Shown here: positions 25,487-35,633 of the stretch, one piece after another
Position numbering within the stretch: the first letter of the stretch is position 1
Layout of the letters: the number at the start of each line of letters is the position of its first letter
NCBI GenBank assembly: GCA_021802655.1
Contig: JAJZRP010000001.1
Coordinates: 24,882-88,881 of the forward strand
Origin: Pseudomonadota bacterium
GTDB lineage: Bacteria; Pseudomonadota; Gammaproteobacteria; Burkholderiales; JABEVD01
Direction of reading: 5' to 3'
Length of the DNA: 64,000 nucleotides
Translations under genes and position numbers: made by a program
Notes under the pieces: model-generated
Database searches by the model: none
What the model saw: only the letters and a program-made list of their open reading frames with translations
Told to the model about the DNA's origin: nothing

Positions 25487-26394
25487 GATGCCTCCCCGGT
25501 CAGTTCCGCGAATATCGTCTCCAGGCTGTTTCTCGCCGGACTGATCCGCTGCAGCTTCCAGTTTCTTTCCGATGCGAGCCTGACCACGGATTCCGTCGGG
25601 TCCAGCCCCTCTACGGGATGGAGGCGGAAAAGATTCGGGGAGAGCGCCTCCACGCTCGCCATGCCTGCGATTCCCGCCAGTTCAATAGCCGAAGGCGGAT
25701 TGTTGAATCCCACCTCGATCGACCGCTGTTCTCCCCCGATTTCGCCGCAATAGACCTGCCTGCCACGATGCAGGATCTGCACCCTGTCGCAAACGCCCTC
25801 GACCTCGGAAAGGATGTGGGTGGAAAGGATCACGCCGTGCCTGTCGCCGAGTTCGCGTATCAATGTCCTGATCTCCCGTATCTGGTTGGGGTCGAGCCCT
25901 GCCGTGGGCTCGTCGAGTATGATGACATCGGGATCGTGGATGATCGCCTGGGCGATTCCCACGCGCTGCTGGTAGCCTTTCGAGAGCGATCCGATCAGCC
26001 GCTTCCCGACATCCCCCAGGCCGCAGCGCGCCTTGGTCTCGACAAGCGCATCGGTTTTCGCCCGGTGCAGCTTCATTGCGAACTTCAGGTAATCGTCGAC
26101 GCTCATGTCGCGGTAAAGGGGAGGAATATCCGGAAGATACCCGAGCCTCTCCTTCGCCTTCAAGGGCTTCTCGAAAAGGTCCACGCCGCACAGGCTCACC
26201 GCGCCCGAATCGGGCATCAGGTTTCCGGTGAGCATGCGCATCGTCGTGCTTTTCCCCGCCCCGTTGGGCCCCAGGAAACCGAGCACCTCGCCCTTCCTCA
26301 ATTCGATGGAAACGCCGTCGACGGCAACGCGCCCGCCGTAGGATCGGCGCAGATCTTGGGCGTGGAGGACGAGGGAAGGGTCTGGCATATCCAT
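25483..26394 (-). CDS. ABC transporter ATP-binding protein (GldA-like)
   Basis: Walker A GPNGAGKST, signature LSKGYQQR, Walker B VIILDEPTAGLD, H-loop STHIL. Confidence 0.93.
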   Translation of the reverse strand: MDMPDPSLVLHAQDLRRSYGGRVAVDGVSIELRKGEVLGFLGPNGAGKSTTMRMLTGNLMPDSGAVSLCGVDLFEKPLKAKERLGYLPDIPPLYRDMSVDDYLKFAMKLHRAKTDALVETKARCGLGDVGKRLIGSLSKGYQQRVGIAQAIIHDPDVIILDEPTAGLDPNQIREIRTLIRELGDRHGVILSTHILSEVEGVCDRVQILHRGRQVYCGEIGGEQRSIEVGFNNPPSAIELAGIAGMASVEALSPNLFRLHPVEGLDPTESVVRLASERNWKLQRISPARNSLETIFAELTGEAS

Positions 26395-26501
26395 AATTTA
26401 CGATTCTCTTGTGGTACAGTTCAAATATACCTAATATGCGGGTATTGTTGAACGAATTTATAATCCTGTTACTCTAATCCAGCTTTGATTGCCATTCCCG
26501 C

Positions 26502-28226
26502 ATGAATTCCAAACTCATCACCATCGCGGTCCTGCCCTTCCTGTTCGCCGCCTGTGCAGGGCAGCCCACCAAACCCCATACTGCGACGAAACCCGCAGCC
26601 GCAGCGGCGCCCGCCGTTCCGCCAAAACTGCCCGACGTGGCTTTGAGCGACGAGTTGCTCTTCGAGTTCCTGTTCGGTGAAATCGCCGGGCAGCGCGGCA
26701 ATCTCGGCGTCGCAACCGAGGCTTACTTGGACATGGCGAAAAGAACGCGCGACCCGAGAATCGTGCAGCGCGCGCTCGATATCGCGCTGTTTTCGGGCAA
26801 TACGACAGCGGCGCTCGAAATGGCGAAACTCCTGACTGAAGTCGACCCGAATTCGACCAAGGCGAAGCAGACCCTCACTGCGCTGCTCGCCCATAGCGGC
26901 AGTATTGACGAAGCTCGCCCCGGTATCGAAAAGCTGCTTGCCCAGCAAAACGGGGAAAACTTGGACAAGGGATTGCTGCAACTCAACAACCTTTTCGCGA
27001 GACAGCCCGACAGGCAGGCGGTGCTTTCGGCCATTCAGTCAGTGACGAAGCCCTATCTGGATCATCCCGAAGCTCACTATGCGATCTCCATTGCGGCATG
27101 GCGTGCAGGACAAGGGGACCTCGCACTGGAGGAAGCCGACAAGGCCGCCTCAATGCGCCCGGGCTGGGAAATGGCCGCCCTTCTGAAAATGCAGATTCTG
27201 GAACAGGTCGATACAAGCCGGGTTCAGCCCTTTCTCAAGGATTTCCTCGCTCAATACCCGAAATCCCAGGAAGTGCGCCTCAACTATGCCAAATTCCTGG
27301 TCTCCGAAAAGAAATACTCCGAAGCCCGCGAGGAATTCACAGAACTGAAGAAAACATTCCCGGAAAACCGCGAGGTCGCCTTCGCCGTGGGATTGCTGTC
27401 GCTGCAGCTCGGCGATGTCGATTCAGCCATTTCCGACTTCAAAAAGCTGCTCGATCAGGGTTACCAGAATCCGGATCTCGTCCGTTATTATCTCGGACAA
27501 AGTTACGAACTGAAGAAAAATCCCGCAGAGGCCGAAAAATGGTATAACGCTGTCGAAAATGGCAACCAGTTCCTTCCGGCGAAAGTCAGGGTGGCCGTCA
27601 TCATGAAGGAACGCGGCAATCTTGCGAAGGCGATTGGCTATCTGCACGACATTCCAACTTCCAACGAAGCACAGAAGATATTCATCATCCAGGCCGAAGC
27701 CCAGATGCTGCACGATTCCGGAAAATACAGGGAGGCCTATACCGTGCTCGACAAGGGGCTCGCGAAATTCCCTGATTCCCCCAATCTGCTTTACGACCAG
27801 GCCATGGCTGCGGAAAAGCTCGGCAAGATCCGGGAGACCGAAAAGAGCCTGAGCAAGCTGATCAGGATCCAGCCCGACTTTGCCCAGGCCTACAATGCGC
27901 TCGGTTACACGCTGGTCGAGCACACCACCCGTTACAAGGAGGCACTGCCCTTGCTCGAGAAGGCGCTCGACTTGTCCCCGCAGGATCCCTACACCCTCGA
28001 CAGCATGGGCTGGCTGCAATTCAAGATGGGCAACCTGACTTCCAGCATCGACTACCTGAAGCGCGCCTATGCCGGGCGCCGCGATCCGGAAATCGCGGCC
28101 CATCTGGCCGAAGTGCTCTGGGCGCAGGGAAAGCATGAGGACGCGAAAAAGCTCCTGCAATCTTCCCTGAAGGAAAATCCAGGCAACGAGGCGCTCCTCA
28201 AGAGTATCAAAAAATTCGGGCACTGA
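26502..28226 (+). CDS. tetratricopeptide-repeat lipoprotein
   Basis: Signal and lipobox MNSKLITIAVLPFLFAAC. Multiple TPR-like helical repeats (e.g. AQAYNALGYTLVEHTTRYKEALPLLEKALDLSPQDPYTLDSMGW). Conserved position upstream of lolB-ispE. Confidence 0.85.
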   Translation: MNSKLITIAVLPFLFAACAGQPTKPHTATKPAAAAAPAVPPKLPDVALSDELLFEFLFGEIAGQRGNLGVATEAYLDMAKRTRDPRIVQRALDIALFSGNTTAALEMAKLLTEVDPNSTKAKQTLTALLAHSGSIDEARPGIEKLLAQQNGENLDKGLLQLNNLFARQPDRQAVLSAIQSVTKPYLDHPEAHYAISIAAWRAGQGDLALEEADKAASMRPGWEMAALLKMQILEQVDTSRVQPFLKDFLAQYPKSQEVRLNYAKFLVSEKKYSEAREEFTELKKTFPENREVAFAVGLLSLQLGDVDSAISDFKKLLDQGYQNPDLVRYYLGQSYELKKNPAEAEKWYNAVENGNQFLPAKVRVAVIMKERGNLAKAIGYLHDIPTSNEAQKIFIIQAEAQMLHDSGKYREAYTVLDKGLAKFPDSPNLLYDQAMAAEKLGKIRETEKSLSKLIRIQPDFAQAYNALGYTLVEHTTRYKEALPLLEKALDLSPQDPYTLDSMGWLQFKMGNLTSSIDYLKRAYAGRRDPEIAAHLAEVLWAQGKHEDAKKLLQSSLKENPGNEALLKSIKKFGH

Positions 28227-28750
28227 TGCGCACCCTGCTTCTCCTGCTCCTTCTGGCCGGATGCAGCACCACGCCGCCGAGATCGGTCTCCCCCGACACG
28301 CTCTTCGACCTCTCCGGCAGGATAGCCGTGAAATACGACGACAAGGGATTCAACGGCAATCTGCGCTGGATACACCGCAAAAATTCGGACGAGGTCTGGC
28401 TCCTCTCCCCCATGGGGCAGACAGTGGCCCATATCCTGAGAAATCCTGAAGGCGCCCTGATGACCGCCCAGAACCGGCAGGAATATCGCGCAGAAGATGT
28501 CGAAAGTCTGACCGAAAAGATCCTGGGATGGCGCCTCCCCCTGCAGGGGCTGGACAGTTGGGTAAGGGGGAAAGCGGCTGCAGATTCGCCCTCGAGCGCC
28601 TCTTTCGACCGGGAAAACCGGCTTGCCGAGCTCACCCAGGACGGATGGGACATCCGTTACGCGCGGCGCTTCGAGAACGGCTTGCCGAGAGAAATCGTGC
28701 TGCGGCGCGAGGGCATCAGGATCAAATTCATCATCGACGCCGCCTCGTGA
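28226..28750 (+). CDS. lolB: outer-membrane lipoprotein LolB
   Basis: The ATG shares its A with the upstream TGA. Lipobox LLLLAGC. FDLSGRIAVKYDDKGFNGNLRW. Position upstream of ispE. Confidence 0.85.
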   Translation: MRTLLLLLLLAGCSTTPPRSVSPDTLFDLSGRIAVKYDDKGFNGNLRWIHRKNSDEVWLLSPMGQTVAHILRNPEGALMTAQNRQEYRAEDVESLTEKILGWRLPLQGLDSWVRGKAAADSPSSASFDRENRLAELTQDGWDIRYARRFENGLPREIVLRREGIRIKFIIDAAS

Positions 28751-29571
28751 CAAGCTATCCCGCCCCAGCCAAACTCAACCTCTTCCTGCATGTGGTGGGA
28801 AGACGCCCGGACGGCTACCACCTGCTGCAAAGCGTGTTCAGATTCATCGATTATTGCGACCATCTGAACTTCGAAATTTCCGACTCGCCTGAAATCGTTC
28901 TGCCCAATCCGTTACCCGGGGTTCCTGTCGAATCGGATCTTTGCTTGCGTGCGGCCCGCCTCCTCCAGCAGGAAAGCGGCTGCCGTCTGGGGGCGAAAAT
29001 CAGGCTCGAAAAGCGCCTGCCGATGGGAGGCGGCCTGGGGGGAGGCAGTTCGGATGCGGCCACCACCCTGATCGTGTTGAACAGGCTATGGAAGATTGAT
29101 TTCAGTCGGGAAAAACTGCAGCAAATCGGCTTGAAACTCGGAGCGGACGTCCCGGTGTTCATTTTCGGGGAAAACGCCTTCGCCGAAGGAATAGGCGAAA
29201 AACTCGCCCCCGTTTGCCTCGATCCTGCCTGGTATCTGGTCCTCATGCCGCAGGTCCAAATTCCCACGGCCGAGATTTTCGCAAGCCCGGAATTGACAAG
29301 AAACACGAATCCAATCAAAATATCGGACTTTTCGATCAAGGCCGGTCATAATGACCTTGAACCCGTGGCCTGCAACCGCTATCCGGTTGTCGCCGAGCAC
29401 CTGGCCTGGCTGCGGCGATACGGACGGGCGGCCATGACGGGATCGGGATCGTGCGTATTCGCGGAGTTTTCGAGCGAGTTCGATGCAAGGCGTGCATTGA
29501 ACGAACTTCCGGAAGGAATGCGCGGTTTTCTGGCCAGAGGTCTTGATCGCCACCCGCTGAAGGATTTCTGA
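28747..29571 (+). CDS. ispE: 4-diphosphocytidyl-2-C-methyl-D-erythritol kinase
   Basis: GTG 28747 overlaps the lolB TGA (GTGA). PAPAKLNLFLHVVGRRPDGYHLLQSVF and the GHMP motif PMGGGLGGGSSDAA. Confidence 0.92.
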   Translation: MTSYPAPAKLNLFLHVVGRRPDGYHLLQSVFRFIDYCDHLNFEISDSPEIVLPNPLPGVPVESDLCLRAARLLQQESGCRLGAKIRLEKRLPMGGGLGGGSSDAATTLIVLNRLWKIDFSREKLQQIGLKLGADVPVFIFGENAFAEGIGEKLAPVCLDPAWYLVLMPQVQIPTAEIFASPELTRNTNPIKISDFSIKAGHNDLEPVACNRYPVVAEHLAWLRRYGRAAMTGSGSCVFAEFSSEFDARRALNELPEGMRGFLARGLDRHPLKDF

Positions 29572-29586
29572 GCGGGGAACCAGTTT

Positions 29587-29661
29587 TGGGGAGTCGCCAA
29601 GCGGTAAGGCACCGGGTTTTGATCCCGGCATTCGTAGGTTCGATCCCTACCTCCCCAGCCA
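29587..29661 (+). tRNA. tRNA-Gln (anticodon TTG)
   Basis: Near-identical architecture to E. coli tRNA-Gln(UUG). Acceptor TGGGGAG/CTCCCCA, anticodon stem CCGGG/CCCGG with loop TTTTGAT, T arm GTAGG-TTCGATC-CCTAC, discriminator G and CCA. Confidence 0.95.
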
Positions 29662-29691
29662 GTTGAATTTGAAGCATAGAAGGATGGTGGC

Positions 29692-30642
29692 ATGGCCTAC
29701 GACAGTCTGATGGTGTTTACCGGCAATGCCAATCCCGCCCTCGCGGAGGAAGTGGTTCGGCACCTCAGCATCCACCTCGGACGCGCGAATGTCACCCGCT
29801 TCAGCGACGGCGAAGTGATGGTGGAAATTCTCGAGAACGTGCGCGGCAAGGATGTCTTCGTGCTGCAGTCGACCTGCCGCCCGACCAACGATCACCTGAT
29901 GGAAGTGCTGGTGATGGTCGACGCATTGAAACGGGCTTCCGCCGGACGGATCACCGCAGCGATTCCCTATTTCGGCTATGCCCGTCAGGACAGACGCCCC
30001 CGCTCGGCGCGCGTGGCGATCACGGCCAAGGTCGTGGCCAACATGCTCACCAGCGTCGGAATCGACAGGCTGCTGACGATGGATCTCCACTCCGACCAGA
30101 TCCAGGGCTTTTTCGACATTCCGGTGGACAACATCTATGCGATGCCCATCCTGCTCGGGGACATCTGGAAGCACGATTACAGGGAGCTTGTCGTGGTATC
30201 CCCGGACATAGGCGGCGTGGTGCGCGCCAGGGCGCTCGCAAAAAGGCTGGAAACCGATCTCGCCATCATCGACAAGCGTCGCCCAAAACCCAATGTCGCC
30301 AAGGTCATGAACCTGATCGGCGATGTGTCCGGCAGAACCTGCGTCATCATGGACGACATGGTCGACACCGCCAACACGCTCTGCGAAGCGGCCGCAGCCC
30401 TGAAGGAGCACGGCGCAAAGCGGGTGATCGCCTACTGCACCCATCCTGTGCTTTCCGGCCCTGCGGTCGAGAGAATCAAAAATTCCGCGCTCGACGAGCT
30501 GGTCGTCACCGACACCATCCCGCTGAAGGAAGACGCGAAGGAATGCGAAAAGATCAGGGCCATCACGATTTCCGGGCTTCTCGCCGAAACGATGCTGCGC
30601 ATCAGCAACGAGGAATCCGTGAGCTCCCTTTTCATGGAATAG
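29692..30642 (+). CDS. prs: ribose-phosphate pyrophosphokinase
   Basis: [64 protein letters not shown]. Confidence 0.97.
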   Translation: MAYDSLMVFTGNANPALAEEVVRHLSIHLGRANVTRFSDGEVMVEILENVRGKDVFVLQSTCRPTNDHLMEVLVMVDALKRASAGRITAAIPYFGYARQDRRPRSARVAITAKVVANMLTSVGIDRLLTMDLHSDQIQGFFDIPVDNIYAMPILLGDIWKHDYRELVVVSPDIGGVVRARALAKRLETDLAIIDKRRPKPNVAKVMNLIGDVSGRTCVIMDDMVDTANTLCEAAAALKEHGAKRVIAYCTHPVLSGPAVERIKNSALDELVVTDTIPLKEDAKECEKIRAITISGLLAETMLRISNEESVSSLFME

Positions 30643-30653
30643 TTTTTTTAACC

Positions 30654-30682
30654 TGCGGGCTGGTCGCGGCCCGCAATTTTTT
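30654..30682 (+). terminator. rho-independent terminator/attenuator between prs and rplY
   Basis: 7-bp GC-rich stem TGCGGGC / GCCCGCA (30654..30660 and 30669..30675), 8-nt loop, then ATTTTTT. Confidence 0.55.
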
Positions 30683-30693
30683 GGAGTAGTCAA

Positions 30694-31299
30694 ATGCAAA
30701 TCGAAATCAGCGCAACAGCGCGCACATTGCAGGGAACGGGTGCGAGCCGCCGCCTGCGCATAGCCGGTCGCGTGCCAGGAATCGTATATGGCGGCGGCAA
30801 AGCAGCGCAAGCGATCGAACTTGATCACAACATCATTTTCCATCAGCTCAAGCGGGAAGTGTTCCATTCCTCGATCCTGAACCTGATGCTCGACGGCGCC
30901 AAGGAAGCGGTATTGCTTCGGGACGTGCAGATGCACCCCTTCAAGCCGATCGTGCTCCATGTCGACTTCCAGCGCGTGGCGAAAGACCAGAAAGTCCACA
31001 TGAAGGTGCCGCTGCACTTCATCAATGCGGACATCGCCCCCGGCGTGAAGCTTTCCGCCGGCATCGTCAGCCACGTCATGAATGAAATCGAGGTGTCCTG
31101 CCTGCCGGGGAACCTGCCGGAATTCATTGAAGTCGATCTTGCCTCGCTCGCGCTCGGCCATTCGGTCCACATCTCCGACCTCAATCTGCCCAAGGGCGTC
31201 GAGGCGATCACTCACGGCAACGATGCCGTGGTCGCAACCATCGCTCTGCCCAGGGGCGCCGTCTCCGAAGAAGCTGCCGCACCACCCGAAGCAGCCTGA
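30694..31299 (+). CDS. rplY: 50S ribosomal protein L25 / general stress protein Ctc
   Basis: [39 protein letters not shown], and a C-terminal Ctc extension. GGAG precedes the ATG. Confidence 0.93.
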   Translation: MQIEISATARTLQGTGASRRLRIAGRVPGIVYGGGKAAQAIELDHNIIFHQLKREVFHSSILNLMLDGAKEAVLLRDVQMHPFKPIVLHVDFQRVAKDQKVHMKVPLHFINADIAPGVKLSAGIVSHVMNEIEVSCLPGNLPEFIEVDLASLALGHSVHISDLNLPKGVEAITHGNDAVVATIALPRGAVSEEAAAPPEAA

Positions 31300-31307
31300 T
31301 TGGGCTC

Positions 31308-31871
31308 ATGATCAGGCTGGTCGCAGGTCTGGGCAACCCGGGAAAGGAATATGCGGAAACACGGCATAACGCCGGTTTCTGGTGGGTTGACAGGCTTGCG
31401 TCAGGGGAAAATGCAACCCTCAAGATGGATCCCAGGATGCACGGCTTTACCGCCCGCATCCCGGGAGATATCTGGCTCATCGAGCCACAAACATTCATGA
31501 ATGCAAGCGGCAGGGCGGTTTCCGCCCTTTCGCGCTTTTACAGGATCGCCCCGGAGCACATCCTGGTGGTGCACGACGAGCTCGACCTCGAACCCGGCGC
31601 AGTTCGCCTGAAACTGGGCGGCGGACTCGGCGGACACAACGGACTCAAGGACATCGCATCCCATCTCGGTACACGGGACTTCTGGCGCCTCCGCCTCGGC
31701 ATAGGGCATCCGGGGGAGAAGAAAAACGTCTCGGACTACGTTCTCAAAGCCCCTCGCAAGGAAGAAGAAGAGCTGATTCAGGATGCGATCTCGAAAAGCC
31801 TGGCGGCCTGGCCGCTGATCGCGAAGGGACAGCAACAGGCAGCCATGCTGAAGCTGCACACCAAAGCCTAA
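31308..31871 (+). CDS. pth: peptidyl-tRNA hydrolase
   Basis: [54 protein letters not shown]. Confidence 0.95.
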   Translation: MIRLVAGLGNPGKEYAETRHNAGFWWVDRLASGENATLKMDPRMHGFTARIPGDIWLIEPQTFMNASGRAVSALSRFYRIAPEHILVVHDELDLEPGAVRLKLGGGLGGHNGLKDIASHLGTRDFWRLRLGIGHPGEKKNVSDYVLKAPRKEEEELIQDAISKSLAAWPLIAKGQQQAAMLKLHTKA

Positions 31872-32044
31872 ACGATATCGATATCGTCGTCCCTCGGCAA
31901 AGTGGTCAGCGCAAGTTCCAGATTGGCCGCAAGCCTTTCGGCGAACACGGCAGCCTCGTGCAAATGATTTTCCCTGTAGAACCCGGCCTTTTTGCGGAAA
32001 AACTCGATGTCGCCCTCCAGCATCTTTCTGATTTCGCCTTCCAT
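31868..32044 (-). CDS. hypothetical 58-aa protein
   Basis: ATG 32044 is preceded by AGGAGAGG with a 5-nt spacer. The product is [59 protein letters not shown] recognise no family. Its stop overlaps the pth stop convergently. Confidence 0.35.
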   Translation of the reverse strand: MEGEIRKMLEGDIEFFRKKAGFYRENHLHEAAVFAERLAANLELALTTLPRDDDIDIV

Positions 32045-32168
32045 GTCTTCGCCTCTCCTGTTTTTGCCTACCATCCAAGTATAGCTACGTTTCGATACAC
32101 AGGGTTACCCCGCCCTCATAAAACCGAGACACAAGACGGCCATAATTTCGCCGTAACCTCCCCTACTG

Positions 32169-32195
32169 GCCCGCCATCCCCGGCGGGCATTTTTC
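32169..32195 (+). terminator. orphan rho-independent terminator-like hairpin upstream of ychF
   Basis: GCCCGCC (32169..32175) / GGCGGGC (32182..32188), 6-nt loop, followed by ATTTTTCC. No plus-strand gene ends within 300 nt upstream. Confidence 0.5.
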
Positions 32196-32218
32196 CGGGC
32201 ATGCGGCGTCGCCGGGAA

Positions 32219-32227
32219 TGCTATAAT
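32219..32227 (+). promoter_or_regulatory. extended -10 promoter element (TGcTATAAT) for ychF
   Basis: Perfect TATAAT at 32222..32227 with TG one nt upstream, 30 nt before the ychF ATG. Confidence 0.4.
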
Positions 32228-32257
32228 GCGTCTTTTCCAGATAAACCCAGAAAATTC

Positions 32258-33349
32258 ATGAGCCTGAAATGCGGAATCGTGGGGCTGCCGAATGTCGGCA
32301 AGTCCACCCTGTTCAATGCCCTGACAGAATCGGGAATCGCGGCGGAGAATTATCCCTTCTGCACCATCGAACCCAATGTCGGCATCGTCGAGGTTCCCGA
32401 TGCGCGCATTGCGATGCTTTCCGAAATCGTCAAGCCGCAGAAGATTCAGCCCGCCATCGTCGAATTCGTGGACATCGCAGGGCTCGTCGCCGGCGCTTCC
32501 AAGGGAGAAGGACTGGGCAACCAGTTTCTCGCCAACATACGCGAAACCGACGGCATCGTGCATGTCGTGCGCTGCTTCGAAGACGGCAATGTCGTTCACG
32601 TTGCGAACAGGGTCGACCCGATTTCGGACATCGAAACCATCAACACCGAACTCGGGCTTGCCGACCTTGCCACTGTCGAAAAAGCGCAAACAAGGCATGG
32701 CAAGGTCGCCAAGAGCGGGGACAAGGAAGCGGCCAAGCTGGTTGCGCTTCTCGATAAGGTCCATTCCCATCTCGACCAGGGGCTTCCCGTGCGCAGCATG
32801 GCGCTCGACGAGGACGAGCATGACCTCATCAAACCCCTTTGTCTGCTCACCGCAAAACCCACGATGTATGTCGCCAATGTGAGCGAAAACGGCTTTAGGG
32901 ACAATCCCCTTCTCGATGCGGTAACCCAATATGCCGCCAAGGAAAAAGCGCCTGTGGTCGCCATCTGCGCCGCAATGGAAGCGGAAATCGCCGACCTGGA
33001 AGAAGTCGACAAGGCCGAATTCCTGAAGGATATGGGGCTTGCGGAACCCGGGCTCAACCGGGTGATCCAGGCAGGCTACAATCTGCTCGGTCTGCAAACC
33101 TATTTCACCGCAGGCGTCAAGGAAGTGCGGGCCTGGACCATACACAGGGGGGACACCGCACCCAGGGCGGCAGGCGTCATTCACACCGACTTCGAACACG
33201 GCTTCATCCGGGCCGAAGTGATCGCCTACGACGATTTCATCGCGTACAAAGGCGAACAGGGTGCAAAGGAAGCCGGCAAAATGCGGCTGGAGGGCAAGGA
33301 TTATGTGGTGCAGGACGGCGACGTGATGCATTTCAGATTCAATGTTTGA
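32258..33349 (+). CDS. ychF: redox-regulated ATPase YchF
   Basis: [45 protein letters not shown], and the C-terminal TGS-like [13 protein letters not shown]. 363 aa. Confidence 0.96.
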   Translation: MSLKCGIVGLPNVGKSTLFNALTESGIAAENYPFCTIEPNVGIVEVPDARIAMLSEIVKPQKIQPAIVEFVDIAGLVAGASKGEGLGNQFLANIRETDGIVHVVRCFEDGNVVHVANRVDPISDIETINTELGLADLATVEKAQTRHGKVAKSGDKEAAKLVALLDKVHSHLDQGLPVRSMALDEDEHDLIKPLCLLTAKPTMYVANVSENGFRDNPLLDAVTQYAAKEKAPVVAICAAMEAEIADLEEVDKAEFLKDMGLAEPGLNRVIQAGYNLLGLQTYFTAGVKEVRAWTIHRGDTAPRAAGVIHTDFEHGFIRAEVIAYDDFIAYKGEQGAKEAGKMRLEGKDYVVQDGDVMHFRFNV

Positions 33350-33385
33350 TGGGGTAGAATAAACGCTGTTCTCCAGGGTTTCGAC

Positions 33386-34678
33386 ATGACAAACAAATTT
33401 TCCCGCCTCGTTCTTTTATTCGCGCTCTCTCTCGCTGCGCTTTCCGCCCAGGGAACAGAGCTCATCAACCGCATCGTGGCCGTGGTCAACGACGACGTGA
33501 TCACTCAGGTCCAGCTCGATGACCGGGTTCAGGCCATTTCGAAGCAGATCGAAAAACGCGGCATTCCCCTGCCGCCCGAGAGCGTCCTCAGGAAGCAGGT
33601 GCTGGAGCAGATGATCATGGACAAGATCCAGCTCCAGTACGCTGCCGAAGTGGGCCTGAAGGTCGACGACGAGCAGCTCAACAAGGCACTGGAGCGCATT
33701 GCAAGCGACAACAAGCTCAGCCTTGAGGATTTCCGCAAGGCGGTGGAAAAGGACGGTGTCGATTTCGACAAATTCAAGGAAGAAATCCGGGACGAGATTA
33801 TCAAGTCCAAGCTCAGGCAGCGCGAAGTCGACAGCAAGATCGTCGTCACCGACACCGAAATCAACAATTACCTGAAGAACCAGCAACAGCAGGGCAAATC
33901 CGAGGAATACAACCTTTCCCACATCTTCATCAGGCTCCCCGAGCAGGCGAGTTCCGAACAGATCCAGACCCAGCTTCGCAAGGCTGAAGAAGCCCTCGCT
34001 CAATTGAGGCATGGAGCCGACTTCGGACAGGTTGCAGCCTCCTTTTCCGATGCGCCGGATGCCCTGCAGGGCGGGACGATAGGCTGGAAGCCGGCGGGAC
34101 AGTTGCCGACAGCCTTCACCGAATTGCTGCAGAAAATGAATCCGGGGGACATCAGCGGCATCCTCAGAAGCCCCAACGGATTCCACATCATCAAGCTCAA
34201 CGACAAGCGGGAGGCCGGATCCCAGTCGCTCGTGACGCAGACCCATGTGCGTCATATCCTGATCAAGACCGGCGAAGATGTCTCCGAAGACGATGCCAAA
34301 AAGCGCCTTCAGGAAATCCTGGACAAGATCAAGAAGGGGGCTGATTTCGGACAGGAGGCAAAACTCCATTCCGACGACCCGAGCGCCGCTGACGGCGGGG
34401 ACATAGGCTGGGTCTCCCCTGGCGACACGGTGCCCGAATTCCAGAAGGCAATGGATGCCCTGCAGCCGGGCCAGATCAGCGAACCGGTTCACACGCCTTT
34501 CGGATGGCACCTGATCCAGGTACTGGGCAGGCGCAGCGAGGATGTGGGCAAGGAAAAGCAGGTTCTGGAAGCGCGCAAGGCGCTTGCGGCCAGGAAATCC
34601 GACGAAGCCTACCAAGAGTGGCTGAGGCAGCTGCGCGACCGGGCCTATGTCGAATACCATCTCGACGAAAGCAAATAA
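33386..34678 (+). CDS. surA: periplasmic chaperone / peptidyl-prolyl isomerase SurA
   Basis: Signal peptide, N-terminal chaperone domain (IVAVVNDDVITQVQLD), and two parvulin domains (HIFIRLP...; HVRHILIK...GGDIGW...FGWHLIQV). Confidence 0.93.
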   Translation: MTNKFSRLVLLFALSLAALSAQGTELINRIVAVVNDDVITQVQLDDRVQAISKQIEKRGIPLPPESVLRKQVLEQMIMDKIQLQYAAEVGLKVDDEQLNKALERIASDNKLSLEDFRKAVEKDGVDFDKFKEEIRDEIIKSKLRQREVDSKIVVTDTEINNYLKNQQQQGKSEEYNLSHIFIRLPEQASSEQIQTQLRKAEEALAQLRHGADFGQVAASFSDAPDALQGGTIGWKPAGQLPTAFTELLQKMNPGDISGILRSPNGFHIIKLNDKREAGSQSLVTQTHVRHILIKTGEDVSEDDAKKRLQEILDKIKKGADFGQEAKLHSDDPSAADGGDIGWVSPGDTVPEFQKAMDALQPGQISEPVHTPFGWHLIQVLGRRSEDVGKEKQVLEARKALAARKSDEAYQEWLRQLRDRAYVEYHLDESK

Positions 34679-35633
34679 CATCACGTTGGCGGTAACGCCA
34701 GGAGAGCCGGCAGGGATAGGCCCCGATCTGTGCGCCCTCCTCGCCATGGAGGACCTCCCCGCGCGCATCGTCTTCGTCGCCGACCGGGAAATGCTGCGGG
34801 AACGGGCCGAATTGCTCGGGCTTCCATTCGACATCCCGGATTACGCCCCCGGAATTTCCGCCAAATTCTCCCTAGAACACCATCCCCTTCCCTCGAAAGC
34901 GATTCCCGGCAAACCGGATGCTTCGAACAGCCGCGCTGTCCTTGAAACGCTGGAGCGGGCAGTTGCTGGCTGCCTGAATCGCGAATTCGATGCGCTCGTG
35001 ACCGCCCCGATCCACAAGGGAATCATCAATGCCGCCGGAATTGCCTTCAGCGGCCATACCGAATTTCTGGCGGAGCTCACCGAAACCGGACGGGTAGTCA
35101 TGATGCTCGCGGGCGGCGGGATGCGGGTCGCGCTCGCCACCACCCACCTTCCGCTGCGGGACGTGCCGGATGCGATCACCAGGGATTCCCTCAAGCAGAC
35201 CATTAAGATACTGCATTGCGACCTGAAGAAACGCTTCGGCATAGCCTTCCCGAAAATCGCCGTGGCGGGGCTCAATCCGCATGCAGGGGAATCGGGCTAT
35301 CTGGGACGGGAAGAGATCGACATCATCGAGCCTGCAATTCTGTCGCTGCAGGAAGAAGGCATGCTTGTCGAGGGCCCCTTTCCGGCCGACACGCTCTTCA
35401 ATCATCTCGAAGGATTCGACTGCGTGCTCGCCATGTACCACGATCAGGGGCTTCCGGTTCTCAAATACGCGAGTTTCGGGGGTGGGGTGAACATCACCCT
35501 GGGCCTGCCCATCATCAGGACATCCGTCGACCACGGAACCGCCCTTGCCCTTGCAGGTACAGGGCGAATAGACAGGGGAAGCCTGAAAGCCGCCATTCAA
35601 ACCGCAACCGAAATGGTCGAAAAATCGAGATGA
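34647..35633 (+). CDS. pdxA: 4-hydroxythreonine-4-phosphate dehydrogenase
   Basis: TPGEPAGIGPDL, VTAPIHKGIIN, GHTEFLAE, ATTHLPLRDV, GLNPHAGE, YHDQGLPVLK, SVDHGTA. Overlaps the surA 3' end by 32 nt. Confidence 0.93.
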   Translation: MSNTISTKANNITLAVTPGEPAGIGPDLCALLAMEDLPARIVFVADREMLRERAELLGLPFDIPDYAPGISAKFSLEHHPLPSKAIPGKPDASNSRAVLETLERAVAGCLNREFDALVTAPIHKGIINAAGIAFSGHTEFLAELTETGRVVMMLAGGGMRVALATTHLPLRDVPDAITRDSLKQTIKILHCDLKKRFGIAFPKIAVAGLNPHAGESGYLGREEIDIIEPAILSLQEEGMLVEGPFPADTLFNHLEGFDCVLAMYHDQGLPVLKYASFGGGVNITLGLPIIRTSVDHGTALALAGTGRIDRGSLKAAIQTATEMVEKSR

